64,000 nt of DNA, from sequence record PP358550; one strand, written 5' to 3'. The stretch comes from Escherichia phage FL04. The notes below the pieces were generated by a model. The model saw only the letters and a list, made by a program, of their open reading frames with translations, had not been told where the DNA came from and did no database searches. The position numbers and the translations under genes were made by a program. Of the stretch, positions 34,042 to 42,161 are shown piece after piece; position 1 is the first letter of the stretch, and every line of letters starts with the position of its first letter.

Positions 34042-34989
34042 ATGACGTATAACCCGTTTACAAAAACTACCGCTACACTTAATGATTTCTTTGATGATCC
34101 AGAAGATAAACTGCCGGAAGGTGTGCATTTGATTGATATGTCGCAGCTTATGATTGCTACTATCTCGCATACCTTTAAACCGGAAGATCCTATTAATGAA
34201 GGCATGATCCGTCATCTTATTCTTGACACCATGCGTTATAATATGACAAAATTCAAAGATCAATACCCAATCACGGTACTTGCTTTTGATTCAAGCAAAG
34301 GTTACTGGCGACGTGATATCGCACCTTACTATAAACGCAACCGTAAGGAAAAACGAGACGCAGATCCTCGTGATTGGGAGATGATCTTTGCTGCGATCAA
34401 TAAGATCACCGAAGAGTTTAAAGAGAACATGCCTTATCACGTTATTAAGGTTGACAAAGTTGAAGCAGATGATATAATCGCTGTGTTAACTAAAAAGTTT
34501 TCTGTAGAAGGTCGTCAGGTGCTAATCAACTCCGGCGATGGTGACTACACACAGTTGCACAAATACAAAAATGTGAAACAGTGGGCGCCAGTACAGAAAG
34601 CATGGAAGAAATGCAAATATGGTAGCCCTTACAAAGACCTTATGGTAAAATGTGTTAAGGGTGACGCAAAAGACGGTGTGGCTTCTGTCAAGTGTCGTAG
34701 TGATTTCATTATCTCTCGACTGGAAGGGGAACGAGCTAAACCAGTTCCAACCAAATGGTTGGAGCAAATTTTCGATGCCGAAGATCCAAAGTCTTTGATG
34801 ACAGAGGAAGAAGCACGACGATTTGACGAAAACCGCGAACTTATTGATTTCGATTACATCCCAGATGATATTCAGAATCAGATTCTGGAGTCATGGGAAA
34901 AATCTAAACCAGCACCACGCGGTAAAATTTATAACTATTTTGTAACAAATGCGTTAGTTAAAATGTTGCAGAAAATTGGTGAGTTCTAA
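34042..34989 (+). CDS. rnh: RNase H (5-prime to 3-prime exonuclease, FEN family)
   Basis: 315 aa; GYWRRD, MPY.V.K.DK.EADD.IAVL.KKFS.EG, DGD.TQLHKY.NVKQW, KDNVASVK.RSDF, LIDFDYIPD, PRGKIY.YFV matching T4 RNase H. Confidence 0.93.
   Translation: MTYNPFTKTTATLNDFFDDPEDKLPEGVHLIDMSQLMIATISHTFKPEDPINEGMIRHLILDTMRYNMTKFKDQYPITVLAFDSSKGYWRRDIAPYYKRNRKEKRDADPRDWEMIFAAINKITEEFKENMPYHVIKVDKVEADDIIAVLTKKFSVEGRQVLINSGDGDYTQLHKYKNVKQWAPVQKAWKKCKYGSPYKDLMVKCVKGDAKDGVASVKCRSDFIISRLEGERAKPVPTKWLEQIFDAEDPKSLMTEEEARRFDENRELIDFDYIPDDIQNQILESWEKSKPAPRGKIYNYFVTNALVKMLQKIGEF
34451..34478 (+). promoter_or_regulatory. internal sigma70-type promoter within rnh
   Basis: TTGACA 34451-34456, 16-nt spacer, TATAAT 34473-34478. 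Confidence 0.4.
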
Positions 34990-34999
34990 GGGTTGACAT

Positions 35000-35599
35000 A
35001 TGAAAGAACTTGAATTAAAATGCTATGCACACTCACAAATTGGCGTCGAAACCATCTGTGATTTGTGGGTGGCAATGTATGACGGATACAATCTCTTAGA
35101 CCGAGATAACATTCTAAAACACGAATTTTATTATGATACCGAAGATCATGCGCTACGTCAAAAAGGAATTTATGCACGACTTGACTGTCGAAAATCAGAG
35201 ATCATGGTCAAAATGGGTGATAATGAATCTGGACTATTCAACCGCGAGGAAATTACATTTTCAAATTGGGATGAGTTTGTCCATTTTATTGATAGTATAG
35301 GGGTAAACTCAGACTATATCACTACAACAATGCAAGTAATGACATATCGCAAGTCATTGACTATAGATATGGGTTGTGGTATAGTGGAAATGTGCAAAGA
35401 CACTTTCTATTATGGCAAAGTAGGCGAAGGATTGGGCGACACTGCTCATTATGAACTTGAGTTCGAGTTAAAATCAGGTGATGAAAAAGCACTTGACATT
35501 ATCCGAGAAATGATGCTAGAATATGTGGGTGACGATTTACGTCCTAGCGAAATCTCAAAAGCTGAACGTGGTTTTCAATTAATGACGAAAGAGGGTTAA
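35000..35599 (+). CDS. CYTH-like domain protein (triphosphate tunnel metalloenzyme family)
   Basis: 199 aa; N-terminal ExExK (KELELK), HEFYYDTEDHALRQKGIYARLD, REEITF, C-terminal HYELEFELK acidic strand motifs in the order typical of CYTH domains. Confidence 0.65.
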   Translation: MKELELKCYAHSQIGVETICDLWVAMYDGYNLLDRDNILKHEFYYDTEDHALRQKGIYARLDCRKSEIMVKMGDNESGLFNREEITFSNWDEFVHFIDSIGVNSDYITTTMQVMTYRKSLTIDMGCGIVEMCKDTFYYGKVGEGLGDTAHYELEFELKSGDEKALDIIREMMLEYVGDDLRPSEISKAERGFQLMTKEG

Positions 35600-35603
35600 T
35601 ATT

Positions 35604-36128
35604 ATGACTGAACAGAAAAAAGAAAAAGTAGTATTTGACGAAAATGTACACGGAAATACCCTGGCACAACTGATTAAAGAAGCCAGCGATCAGAAAACCA
35701 TTCAAGAAGCATACGGCGATAAGATCAAAGAGATCAAACAGCGTGCTAAAGAAGAATTAGGCGTAGACGGTAAAATGTGGGGCATTCTGTTTAAACTGTG
35801 TATCACCAGCAACAGCGCGAAACCTTCGAAGCAGAACGCGATGAAGCGGCAGAACTCTATGATCGGGTGTTCAATGCTTAATGAACATGCGGTAAAAGCC
35901 GCGAATAAAACAGCAAACGGTCTTGCAATCGAAAAACTGGTTGTTGAAGAGGGATTGACTTATCTTGAAGCGACCACTCAGTTTGTAGAGGAAAACTCTA
36001 TCGAATATGGTCACTATCAGAAATATATTCCGGTGTCCATTATTGACAAGATCACACAAGAATGTATAGTAAATAGAACGCTCAGGAAGGGAGTGATCGA
36101 CGAACCGACCAACACTCTCGATATTTAA
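35604..36128 (+). CDS. hypothetical protein (174 aa); positional equivalent of T4 gene 33
   Basis: Located between rnh-proximal gene and gp59; C-terminus ...TNTLDI; function not verifiable from sequence. Confidence 0.5.
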   Translation: MTEQKKEKVVFDENVHGNTLAQLIKEASDQKTIQEAYGDKIKEIKQRAKEELGVDGKMWGILFKLCITSNSAKPSKQNAMKRQNSMIGCSMLNEHAVKAANKTANGLAIEKLVVEEGLTYLEATTQFVEENSIEYGHYQKYIPVSIIDKITQECIVNRTLRKGVIDEPTNTLDI

Positions 36129-36137
36129 GGGGTATGT

Positions 36138-36818
36138 ATGATCAGAAACCGTCTTCCTCCAGATCCAGATATGCGAATTAATGCTAAATCTGTGTATATG
36201 TTATATTGCATGATGAAAGCTCACATGAACGGGCGTTATGATTGCGTAAAATATAATTGGAGGATGCGGTTGTCTGATGCCGCATTCAATAAACGCAGAG
36301 ATAAGTATTATTTCGCAAAATTAGCGGAAAAGTACAATCTAAGAGAATTATACTTCCTATTCCTAAGCAATCTGGTAGCTAATACCGATGCATGGGTAGG
36401 TGAAATCACCGATGTTGACGCATACGGGTTTTACATGGAGTACATCGGTAAAATCACTGATGCGGCAACACGATTTGACGATGACATTAAAAGTCTTGTA
36501 TACTTCTCAGAGAAACGCGGGGTTACTCTTAAAGAGCTAATTACATATAATCCCGCAACCGAAACTAGCGGTATCTTTAAACTACTGCAAAATCGGATTA
36601 TATCGTTTGAGTCGTTTATGTTGTTAGATAGCTTTCTAAATATAATCGACGAACACGACAAGGTAGCCAAAGACTTGATTTGGCAAACTTATAGTGTTAA
36701 AATGAAGGCGTACAAGAAACTACTTGTTATTGACGTCGCAAAAGCAAGAGCATTATTTGTTAAAGTAGTTAAAGAGTGTAAAGAAATATCTCAATTAAAA
36801 GCCGAAACAAATAGTTGA
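36138..36818 (+). CDS. 59: helicase loader gp59
   Basis: 226 aa; KSVYMLYCMMKAHMNGRYD.VKYNW.MR.SDAA..KRRDKY.F.KL.EKY.L.EL, LSNLVAN.DAW.G.I.D.DA matching T4 gp59. Confidence 0.92.
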   Translation: MIRNRLPPDPDMRINAKSVYMLYCMMKAHMNGRYDCVKYNWRMRLSDAAFNKRRDKYYFAKLAEKYNLRELYFLFLSNLVANTDAWVGEITDVDAYGFYMEYIGKITDAATRFDDDIKSLVYFSEKRGVTLKELITYNPATETSGIFKLLQNRIISFESFMLLDSFLNIIDEHDKVAKDLIWQTYSVKMKAYKKLLVIDVAKARALFVKVVKECKEISQLKAETNS

Positions 36819-36842
36819 CAAGTAAATTTAAATCTGTATAAT
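36815..36842 (+). promoter_or_regulatory. sigma70-type promoter upstream of gene 32
   Basis: TTGACA 36815-36820, 16-nt spacer, TATAAT 36837-36842. Confidence 0.55.
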
Positions 36843-36872
36843 AGTCTAGTAAATTAATCAAAAGAAGGAATA

Positions 36873-37847
36873 GTGAATATGTTTAAACGCCAAGATTCTT
36901 CCAAACTGCAAGCTCAACTGGCCGCACTGAAAGGTGGCAACGGTTTCTCCAAAGAAGATCCGAAAGAGTGGAAGATTAAGACTGATGCAGCAGGTAACGG
37001 TGAAGCCCTGATTCGCTTCCTGCCGTCTAAGACAGAAGACGGTCTGCCGATTGTGAAACTGGTAAACCATTCCTTCAAAGTTAATGGCAAATGGTATTGG
37101 GAAAACTGCTCCAGCACCCACGGTGATTTTGATTCTTGCCCTGTGTGCAAATATATTAACGAAAAAGACTTGTACAATACCGATAAAACCGAATGGCAAC
37201 TGATTAAGCGTAAAGCGTCTTACTACGCAAACATTCTGGTACTGAAAGATCCTCAAGCACCAGAAAATGAAGGTAAGGTATTCAAATTCCGCTTCGGTCA
37301 GAAAATTTATGATAAGATCGTTGCAATGGTGAACGTGAATACCGATATGGGCGAAGTTCCGGTAGATGTAACTTGTGTGTTCTCTGGTGCTAACTTCCTC
37401 CTGAAAGCTAAGAAGGTTGATAAACACCAGAACTATGATGATTCTCGTTTCATGCAGCAATCACAGCTTCCGAAAATTGAAGACGAAGCATATCAGAAAT
37501 ATCTGATGGAAAACATGGTTGATCTGAGTGAGATTGTAGCGCCTAGCCAGTTTAAACCGTTCGATGAACTGGAAACCAAATTTAAGAAAACTATGGGCGT
37601 TTCTATGGTAGCTGGTGCTGCGGCTTCCAGTGCTGCGGCAGCGATTAACAGCCAGCTTGACGATTTTGACGCACAGATGAATGCATTCGATTCTGGTATG
37701 ACCGCAGCTAGCACTGTAGTTGGTATTAACGCAGCTAGCACGGCGTTAGATTCTTCCGCTGATGACCTGATGGCATCTCTGGACCTGGGTGGCGGTACTT
37801 CCTCCGCTTCTGATCTGGATGATCTTGACGCTCTGTTAGGGATGTAA
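36873..37847 (+). CDS. 32: single-stranded DNA-binding protein gp32
   Basis: 324 aa; MFKR...EWK.K.D.AGNG.A.IRFLPSK, NHSFK.NGKWY.E.CSSTHGD.DSCPVC.YI...[19 protein letters not shown], acidic C-terminus (DLDDLDALL). Confidence 0.95.
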   Translation: MNMFKRQDSSKLQAQLAALKGGNGFSKEDPKEWKIKTDAAGNGEALIRFLPSKTEDGLPIVKLVNHSFKVNGKWYWENCSSTHGDFDSCPVCKYINEKDLYNTDKTEWQLIKRKASYYANILVLKDPQAPENEGKVFKFRFGQKIYDKIVAMVNVNTDMGEVPVDVTCVFSGANFLLKAKKVDKHQNYDDSRFMQQSQLPKIEDEAYQKYLMENMVDLSEIVAPSQFKPFDELETKFKKTMGVSMVAGAAASSAAAAINSQLDDFDAQMNAFDSGMTAASTVVGINAASTALDSSADDLMASLDLGGGTSSASDLDDLDALLGM

Positions 37848-37858
37848 TGAATTTTACA

Positions 37859-37882
37859 GCCTCCCTCCGGGGAGGCTTTTTT
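37859..37882 (+). terminator. rho-independent terminator after gene 32
   Basis: GCCTCCC-TCCG-GGGAGGC hairpin plus TTTTTT. Confidence 0.75.
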
Positions 37883-37908
37883 ATTGCCTAAAATTTTATG
37901 AAAAGGTG

Positions 37909-37936
37909 TTGACATGCTTATGTGGTAATGTATAAT
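37909..37936 (+). promoter_or_regulatory. early promoter cassette (TTGACA-16-TATAAT, type TGTATAATGCACA)
   Basis: Followed by conserved CATCGAAACAA-GGAGGA initiation region; same cassette repeated at 39170 and 39553. Confidence 0.6.
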
Positions 37937-37966
37937 GCACACATCGAAACAATGGAGGATAAAAAT

Positions 37967-39181
37967 ATGTTAGTACGTCAAGCGCATGAAATTGAATGGA
38001 CTAAGGAGAAACATAATTGTAGAGCGAAAAGCCCAACAGATTTTTATGGTAAAATTTTAGAAATATGTAAAACAGAAAATTTAGTTTTTGTCGGCTTTGT
38101 TGGGGAATGGGAAGGAAACAAAACAAAAATAAAACTTATCTGCGAACATGGTCATGAATGGATATGTTCGATAGATAAATTTGTAAGTAAAGGAACAAGA
38201 TGTTCTCATAAACAATGTAAAGGTAAACGAATATCTAAAAAATTGTCTATATCCGAAACGGAATACAAAACGAGAATTTTAGAAATATGTGAAACTGAAA
38301 ATCTAATTTTCTTAGGTTTTGTTGGTGAATGGAAAGGGTGTGATACTAAAATTCGCATAAAATGCAAATACGGTCATGAATGGGATGTATCTATATATAG
38401 CTTCACAAAAATGAATACCAGATGCCCTACATGCGCAGGAAAGAACAAGACAAAAGACGAATACAAAACGAGAATTTTAGAAATATGTGAAACTGAAAAT
38501 CTAATTTTCTTAGGTTTTGTTGGTGAATGGAAAGGATGCCGCACAAAAATAAAACTTAGCTGCAAACACGGTCATGAATGGATATCTTCCATATTACATT
38601 TTGTGTATCAAAATACTCGCTGTCCTGTATGTGTTGGTAGATTGTCTATCGACGATAGAATGATACAGATTAATCAAGTTTGCAATTCTTTAGGTTATGT
38701 AATAATTAAGATCCACGAAGAATGGAAAAACACAGAAACTAAAATTGATGTTAAATGTTTATGTGATTATATATGGACAACAACAATACATAGAGTCATA
38801 CATGGGACTACAGGTTGCAGAAAGTGTGCTACATATGGATACAATACAAAAAAATCGGGGACTCTTTATATACAGAAATTAACCAACGATGATTCCTTTG
38901 TTGGTGTGAAATTTGGAATAACAAACAGAGACACGAATGAACGAATGAAAAACCAATCATCAAAGTCTAAATTCGACCATGAGATCTTTTATGAATTGAC
39001 TTTACAAGACGGTCAAAAGATCTTAGAATTAGAGAACAAGATCAAGGAAGCGATGAAAGGTAAAACTTCCTATATCTCAAAAGAAGATATGCCGGATGGC
39101 TGGACCGAAACAGTAGCGCCGTCTGAATTGAGCACTATCATGTATATCGTAAAAACTTTTGAAAAAGAGTTGACAGCGTAA
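37967..39181 (+). CDS. T5orf172 (GIY-YIG-like) domain protein with four N-terminal zinc-ribbon repeats; putative nuclease/homing endonuclease-like
   Basis: 404 aa; four ~70-aa repeats each with C..HGHEW ... RC..C; C-terminal GTLYIQKL...VGVKFGITNRDTNERMK pattern. Confidence 0.65.
   Translation: MLVRQAHEIEWTKEKHNCRAKSPTDFYGKILEICKTENLVFVGFVGEWEGNKTKIKLICEHGHEWICSIDKFVSKGTRCSHKQCKGKRISKKLSISETEYKTRILEICETENLIFLGFVGEWKGCDTKIRIKCKYGHEWDVSIYSFTKMNTRCPTCAGKNKTKDEYKTRILEICETENLIFLGFVGEWKGCRTKIKLSCKHGHEWISSILHFVYQNTRCPVCVGRLSIDDRMIQINQVCNSLGYVIIKIHEEWKNTETKIDVKCLCDYIWTTTIHRVIHGTTGCRKCATYGYNTKKSGTLYIQKLTNDDSFVGVKFGITNRDTNERMKNQSSKSKFDHEIFYELTLQDGQKILELENKIKEAMKGKTSYISKEDMPDGWTETVAPSELSTIMYIVKTFEKELTA
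38261..38547 (+). repeat. intragenic tandem direct repeat (two near-identical ~78-bp copies 210 bp apart, 38261-38337 and 38471-38547)
   Basis: GAATACAAAACGAGAATTTTAGAAATATGTGAAACTGAAAATCTAATTTTCTTAGGTTTTGTTGGTGAATGGAAAGG present twice; more diverged copy upstream. Confidence 0.8.
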
Positions 39182-39197
39182 CGCAATAGTGTATAAT
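39170..39197 (+). promoter_or_regulatory. early promoter cassette (TTGACA-16-TATAAT)
   Basis: Overlaps 3-prime end of upstream CDS; followed by CATATCGAAACAACGGAGGA. Confidence 0.6.
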
Positions 39198-39226
39198 GCA
39201 CATATCGAAACAACGGAGGATTAACA

Positions 39227-39556
39227 ATGTTTTTGAATGCCACCCTTTCCCAGAAAAGTGATAAAATCGAACTTCTGTATGTCATTGCTGATGTGGACGT
39301 ACAACGAAGAAATATAGATTTAAAAATTCACAAATATTATACTATGAGCGAATATCATGAAATAGAGATCCCACATAGTGTGTATCCTGCATTATTGTTA
39401 GGAAAAGGAAATCTAAGTGAATATTCTTTGAAAGTCATCAAAGATTCTAAATCAATGCTTGCTCATATGGAAAAAGATTTTCTTGATGAAGTTTCCGCGC
39501 TAGTTATTAAACTGAAAGAAGAAACAGCACCGCTTTTCATGGAACAAAAAGGTTGA
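39227..39556 (+). CDS. hypothetical protein (109 aa)
   Basis: GGAGGA RBS. Confidence 0.55.
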   Translation: MFLNATLSQKSDKIELLYVIADVDVQRRNIDLKIHKYYTMSEYHEIEIPHSVYPALLLGKGNLSEYSLKVIKDSKSMLAHMEKDFLDEVSALVIKLKEETAPLFMEQKG

Positions 39557-39580
39557 CGCCGAACACAGATGATGTATAAT
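39553..39580 (+). promoter_or_regulatory. early promoter cassette (TTGACG-16-TATAAT)
   Basis: Followed by ACATCGAAACAAAGAGAGGA initiation region. Confidence 0.6.
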
Positions 39581-39611
39581 ACAAACATCGAAACAAAGAG
39601 AGGACTATATT

Positions 39612-39941
39612 ATGTGGACAGTAGAAAAAATCGTTGACGAATCAACCGAAATTGTCTCGTGTGGCACTATTGAAGAATGTCTTAAAGCCGCTAACCGTGA
39701 ATGTATTACGGTTTATGAATCCCGTCGCGGTGATGGTAGCTTGATTCAAAGTGATTATCGTTACACCGCACATAAAATTGTATTCCGTTTCTGGGAAAAC
39801 GGTGTCAATGTCGGTGTCAGCTTACTGAAAATGTGGCGTGATTATTCCGAACGCTACTATGTTTCTCCTGATGATGGTAATGAATTTAAGACAGCAATCA
39901 CAGAAGAAAATGTAAACGAAAACTATTTCAAACTGATTTGA
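39612..39941 (+). CDS. hypothetical protein (109 aa)
   Basis: AGAGAGGA RBS. Confidence 0.55.
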   Translation: MWTVEKIVDESTEIVSCGTIEECLKAANRECITVYESRRGDGSLIQSDYRYTAHKIVFRFWENGVNVGVSLLKMWRDYSERYYVSPDDGNEFKTAITEENVNENYFKLI

Positions 39942-39956
39942 TGGGAGATTTATATT

Positions 39957-40526
39957 ATGATTCAATGTGTATTTGCTATTGGTGACACTAAAATGTCAGA
40001 TGAAAATTGGGCTTTTGGTTTTAAAGGCGGTTTACCGTGGGGGCGTCCAATTAAAAAGGACATGGAAAACTTTAAAATGCGCACTATGGGAGATGTTGAT
40101 CTTGCGGCGGTTGTAATGGGACGTAATACCTTTGAAAGTCTGCCTAAAGCACTGGAAGGTCGTCTTAATGTGGTTATTAGTACCGATGCCAGCAAGCCGA
40201 CACCGAAAGCCAAAAACGGCGACCAGCCTAATGTGTATACTGGAATTGAATTAAAGGATCTGTTAAAAGTCCTGGAGAAAACGCAAGGTTTGGTAAGTGT
40301 TATCGGTGGACCTTCCCTGATTGAAAAAGCGGTTGACTTTGCGGATCGTATTGTGTTAACATATGTTCAACGAGCAGGAATTAATGATCCGTTCGAATAT
40401 GATGTTGGTATCTCTAAGGAAATGATTCAGGAATTATATTTTGACTTTGCAACAAAAGAAGAACATAATTACTTCCTTGATGATTACCTGATCAGCGAAC
40501 AAATTTTAGAACGTAAGAAGGCGTAA
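39957..40526 (+). CDS. frd: dihydrofolate reductase
   Basis: 189 aa; FGFKGGLPWGRPIKKDMENFK, VVMGRNTFESLP, VIGGPSLIEKA matching DHFR motifs; T4 synteny (frd-td). Confidence 0.88.
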   Translation: MIQCVFAIGDTKMSDENWAFGFKGGLPWGRPIKKDMENFKMRTMGDVDLAAVVMGRNTFESLPKALEGRLNVVISTDASKPTPKAKNGDQPNVYTGIELKDLLKVLEKTQGLVSVIGGPSLIEKAVDFADRIVLTYVQRAGINDPFEYDVGISKEMIQELYFDFATKEEHNYFLDDYLISEQILERKKA

Positions 40527-40527
40527 C

Positions 40528-40620
40528 ATGAAAATTCTGACAGATTATGAGTGCAAACATTGTGGTGAATCTTTGATGTTTGCTGGTAGTCGGTGCTTAC
40601 ATTGCGGACGGGAACAATAA
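40528..40620 (+). CDS. small zinc-ribbon protein (30 aa)
   Basis: MKILTDYECKHCGESLMFAGSRCLHCGREQ; start overlaps frd stop; not in track. Confidence 0.35.
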   Translation: MKILTDYECKHCGESLMFAGSRCLHCGREQ

Positions 40621-40889
40621 TGAAAGTCGGTATTATTCAATTATGGACGGCTACCAGTGAAAACTACGCAGTAGCCGTAGATTATTACGGTTTACAATAT
40701 CTCTATGATGAAGCGAGCGCATCATGGCTTCCTGTGCAAGAAAATAGCGATATCTCAAGACCTGCTACTATATTCGACCGTGGCGTTGTCTTTATCGATA
40801 TTGACGAGACAGTAGCAAAACTGCGTAAGAAAGCAATCAATAAGAAAAAGGTGATGTGGGATGAAAGAATATTTGAAACTATTGCGTGA
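40620..40889 (+). CDS. hypothetical protein (89 aa)
   Basis: ATG 40620 overlapping upstream stop; 3-prime end overlaps td start by 29 nt. Confidence 0.45.
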   Translation: MKVGIIQLWTATSENYAVAVDYYGLQYLYDEASASWLPVQENSDISRPATIFDRGVVFIDIDETVAKLRKKAINKKKVMWDERIFETIA

Positions 40890-42093
40890 TGTTCTTGATA
40901 ATGGATGGCCTCGTGAAGACCGAACTGGGGTAGGTACGCTATCTAAATTCGGCGCAGAGATGCGAATTGATTTAAGCAAGGGTTTCCCATTACTGACCAC
41001 TAAAAAGATGGCTACAGCCTCTGTAATTGGCGAATTGCTATGGTTTATGGAGGGATCACTTGACCGCCGTCGCTTACAGGAAATTACACGCGGTAAGTTT
41101 GACGAAGAAGCCTTCGACATTTGGCGCGGCAACTGTCTTGATATGAAAGAAAAGAATCCTTTGCGATTCAATGGTTATAATGTCGGCAATATGTATGGTA
41201 TGGCATGGCGACGCAAACCGATTCATCCACACGGTGAAATCAAAATTAAGCGCGTTAAGAGCAAATATGCACATACATTTAAGCACCCGTGGGTAGAAGA
41301 CTTTACGCCAACCAATGAAACAGAAGACCGTTTATGTGCTATCTGGCGTGGTATGCGTTATGAAGAGTTTGATTCTGAATATAATCAATTCTTAGTAGCA
41401 GACCACTGGAAGACTCAATCTAATTTTGTTAATGATGCATATTGCTTGTGGGGATTCCAGGAATGGGTAGATGATGGTTATTTCGGTTATCTGCTTGATA
41501 GTGATTATCTGGGCGGGGATATTTTAGCGCCAGATACCACGATCTTTGCTAGTATGGACGTAGACACATCGAGCACTAAAGACGATGAAGAATATGTCTA
41601 TCGACCGAAGATTTGGGAAGACCAGTTACAAAACGTGATTGAACAAATTAAAAACAATCCAACGGATCGACGTATCATCATTGACTCATGGAACGTACAA
41701 GGAACACATAATGCTGTATTAGGTGTATGTCATCCTTTCGTGCAATTCTACGTCAATGAAGGTAAACTGTCTTGTATGTGGTTTCAGCGAAGCGTAGACA
41801 GCTTTTTAGGCTTGCCCTTTAACGTCGCCAGCTATGCGCTGTTAACTCACATCATAGCGAAAATGTGTGATCTTGAGGTAGGAGAACTGATTTTCTCTGG
41901 TGGAGATACTCACATTTACAAAAACCATTTTGATCAAGTTATGGAACAGTTAAGCCGTGTTCCGTTTGATAAACCAACGATTGAGTTGCCGGAATTTGAA
42001 TCTTTAGATGAGGTATTGACAAAGACTCCGAAAGACTTTAAAATTCACAACTATCAAAGCCATCCAGCAATCACCGCTCAAATGGCAGTATAA
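40861..42093 (+). CDS. td: thymidylate synthase with large internal in-frame insertion
   Basis: 410 aa; TS motifs DRTG.GT, LLWF, YG.AWR, DRRIII.SWN, active-site CHPFVQFYV, RSVDSFLGLPFN.ASYALLTHIIA, GGDTHIY; residues about 119-254 have no counterpart in canonical TS. Confidence 0.88.
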   Translation: MKEYLKLLRDVLDNGWPREDRTGVGTLSKFGAEMRIDLSKGFPLLTTKKMATASVIGELLWFMEGSLDRRRLQEITRGKFDEEAFDIWRGNCLDMKEKNPLRFNGYNVGNMYGMAWRRKPIHPHGEIKIKRVKSKYAHTFKHPWVEDFTPTNETEDRLCAIWRGMRYEEFDSEYNQFLVADHWKTQSNFVNDAYCLWGFQEWVDDGYFGYLLDSDYLGGDILAPDTTIFASMDVDTSSTKDDEEYVYRPKIWEDQLQNVIEQIKNNPTDRRIIIDSWNVQGTHNAVLGVCHPFVQFYVNEGKLSCMWFQRSVDSFLGLPFNVASYALLTHIIAKMCDLEVGELIFSGGDTHIYKNHFDQVMEQLSRVPFDKPTIELPEFESLDEVLTKTPKDFKIHNYQSHPAITAQMAV

Positions 42094-42098
42094 ACAAA

Positions 42099-42114
42099 GG
42101 GGGCGAAAGCCCCC
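42099..42114 (+). other. GC hairpin GGGGGC-GAAA-GCCCCC between td and nrdA, no U-tract
   Basis: Perfect 6-bp stem with GNRA tetraloop 6 nt after td stop. Confidence 0.5.
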
Positions 42115-42161
42115 AATATGGAGGATAAACTTGTTCCTGCTAAAATATGAAGTGAGGTAAT

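Noticed and set aside
41215-41622. Intein or group I intron in td
   Set aside because: No intein junction residues (Cys/Ser start, His-Asn end), and the segment stays in frame with protein-like composition, unlike an intron; reported as an in-frame insertion instead.
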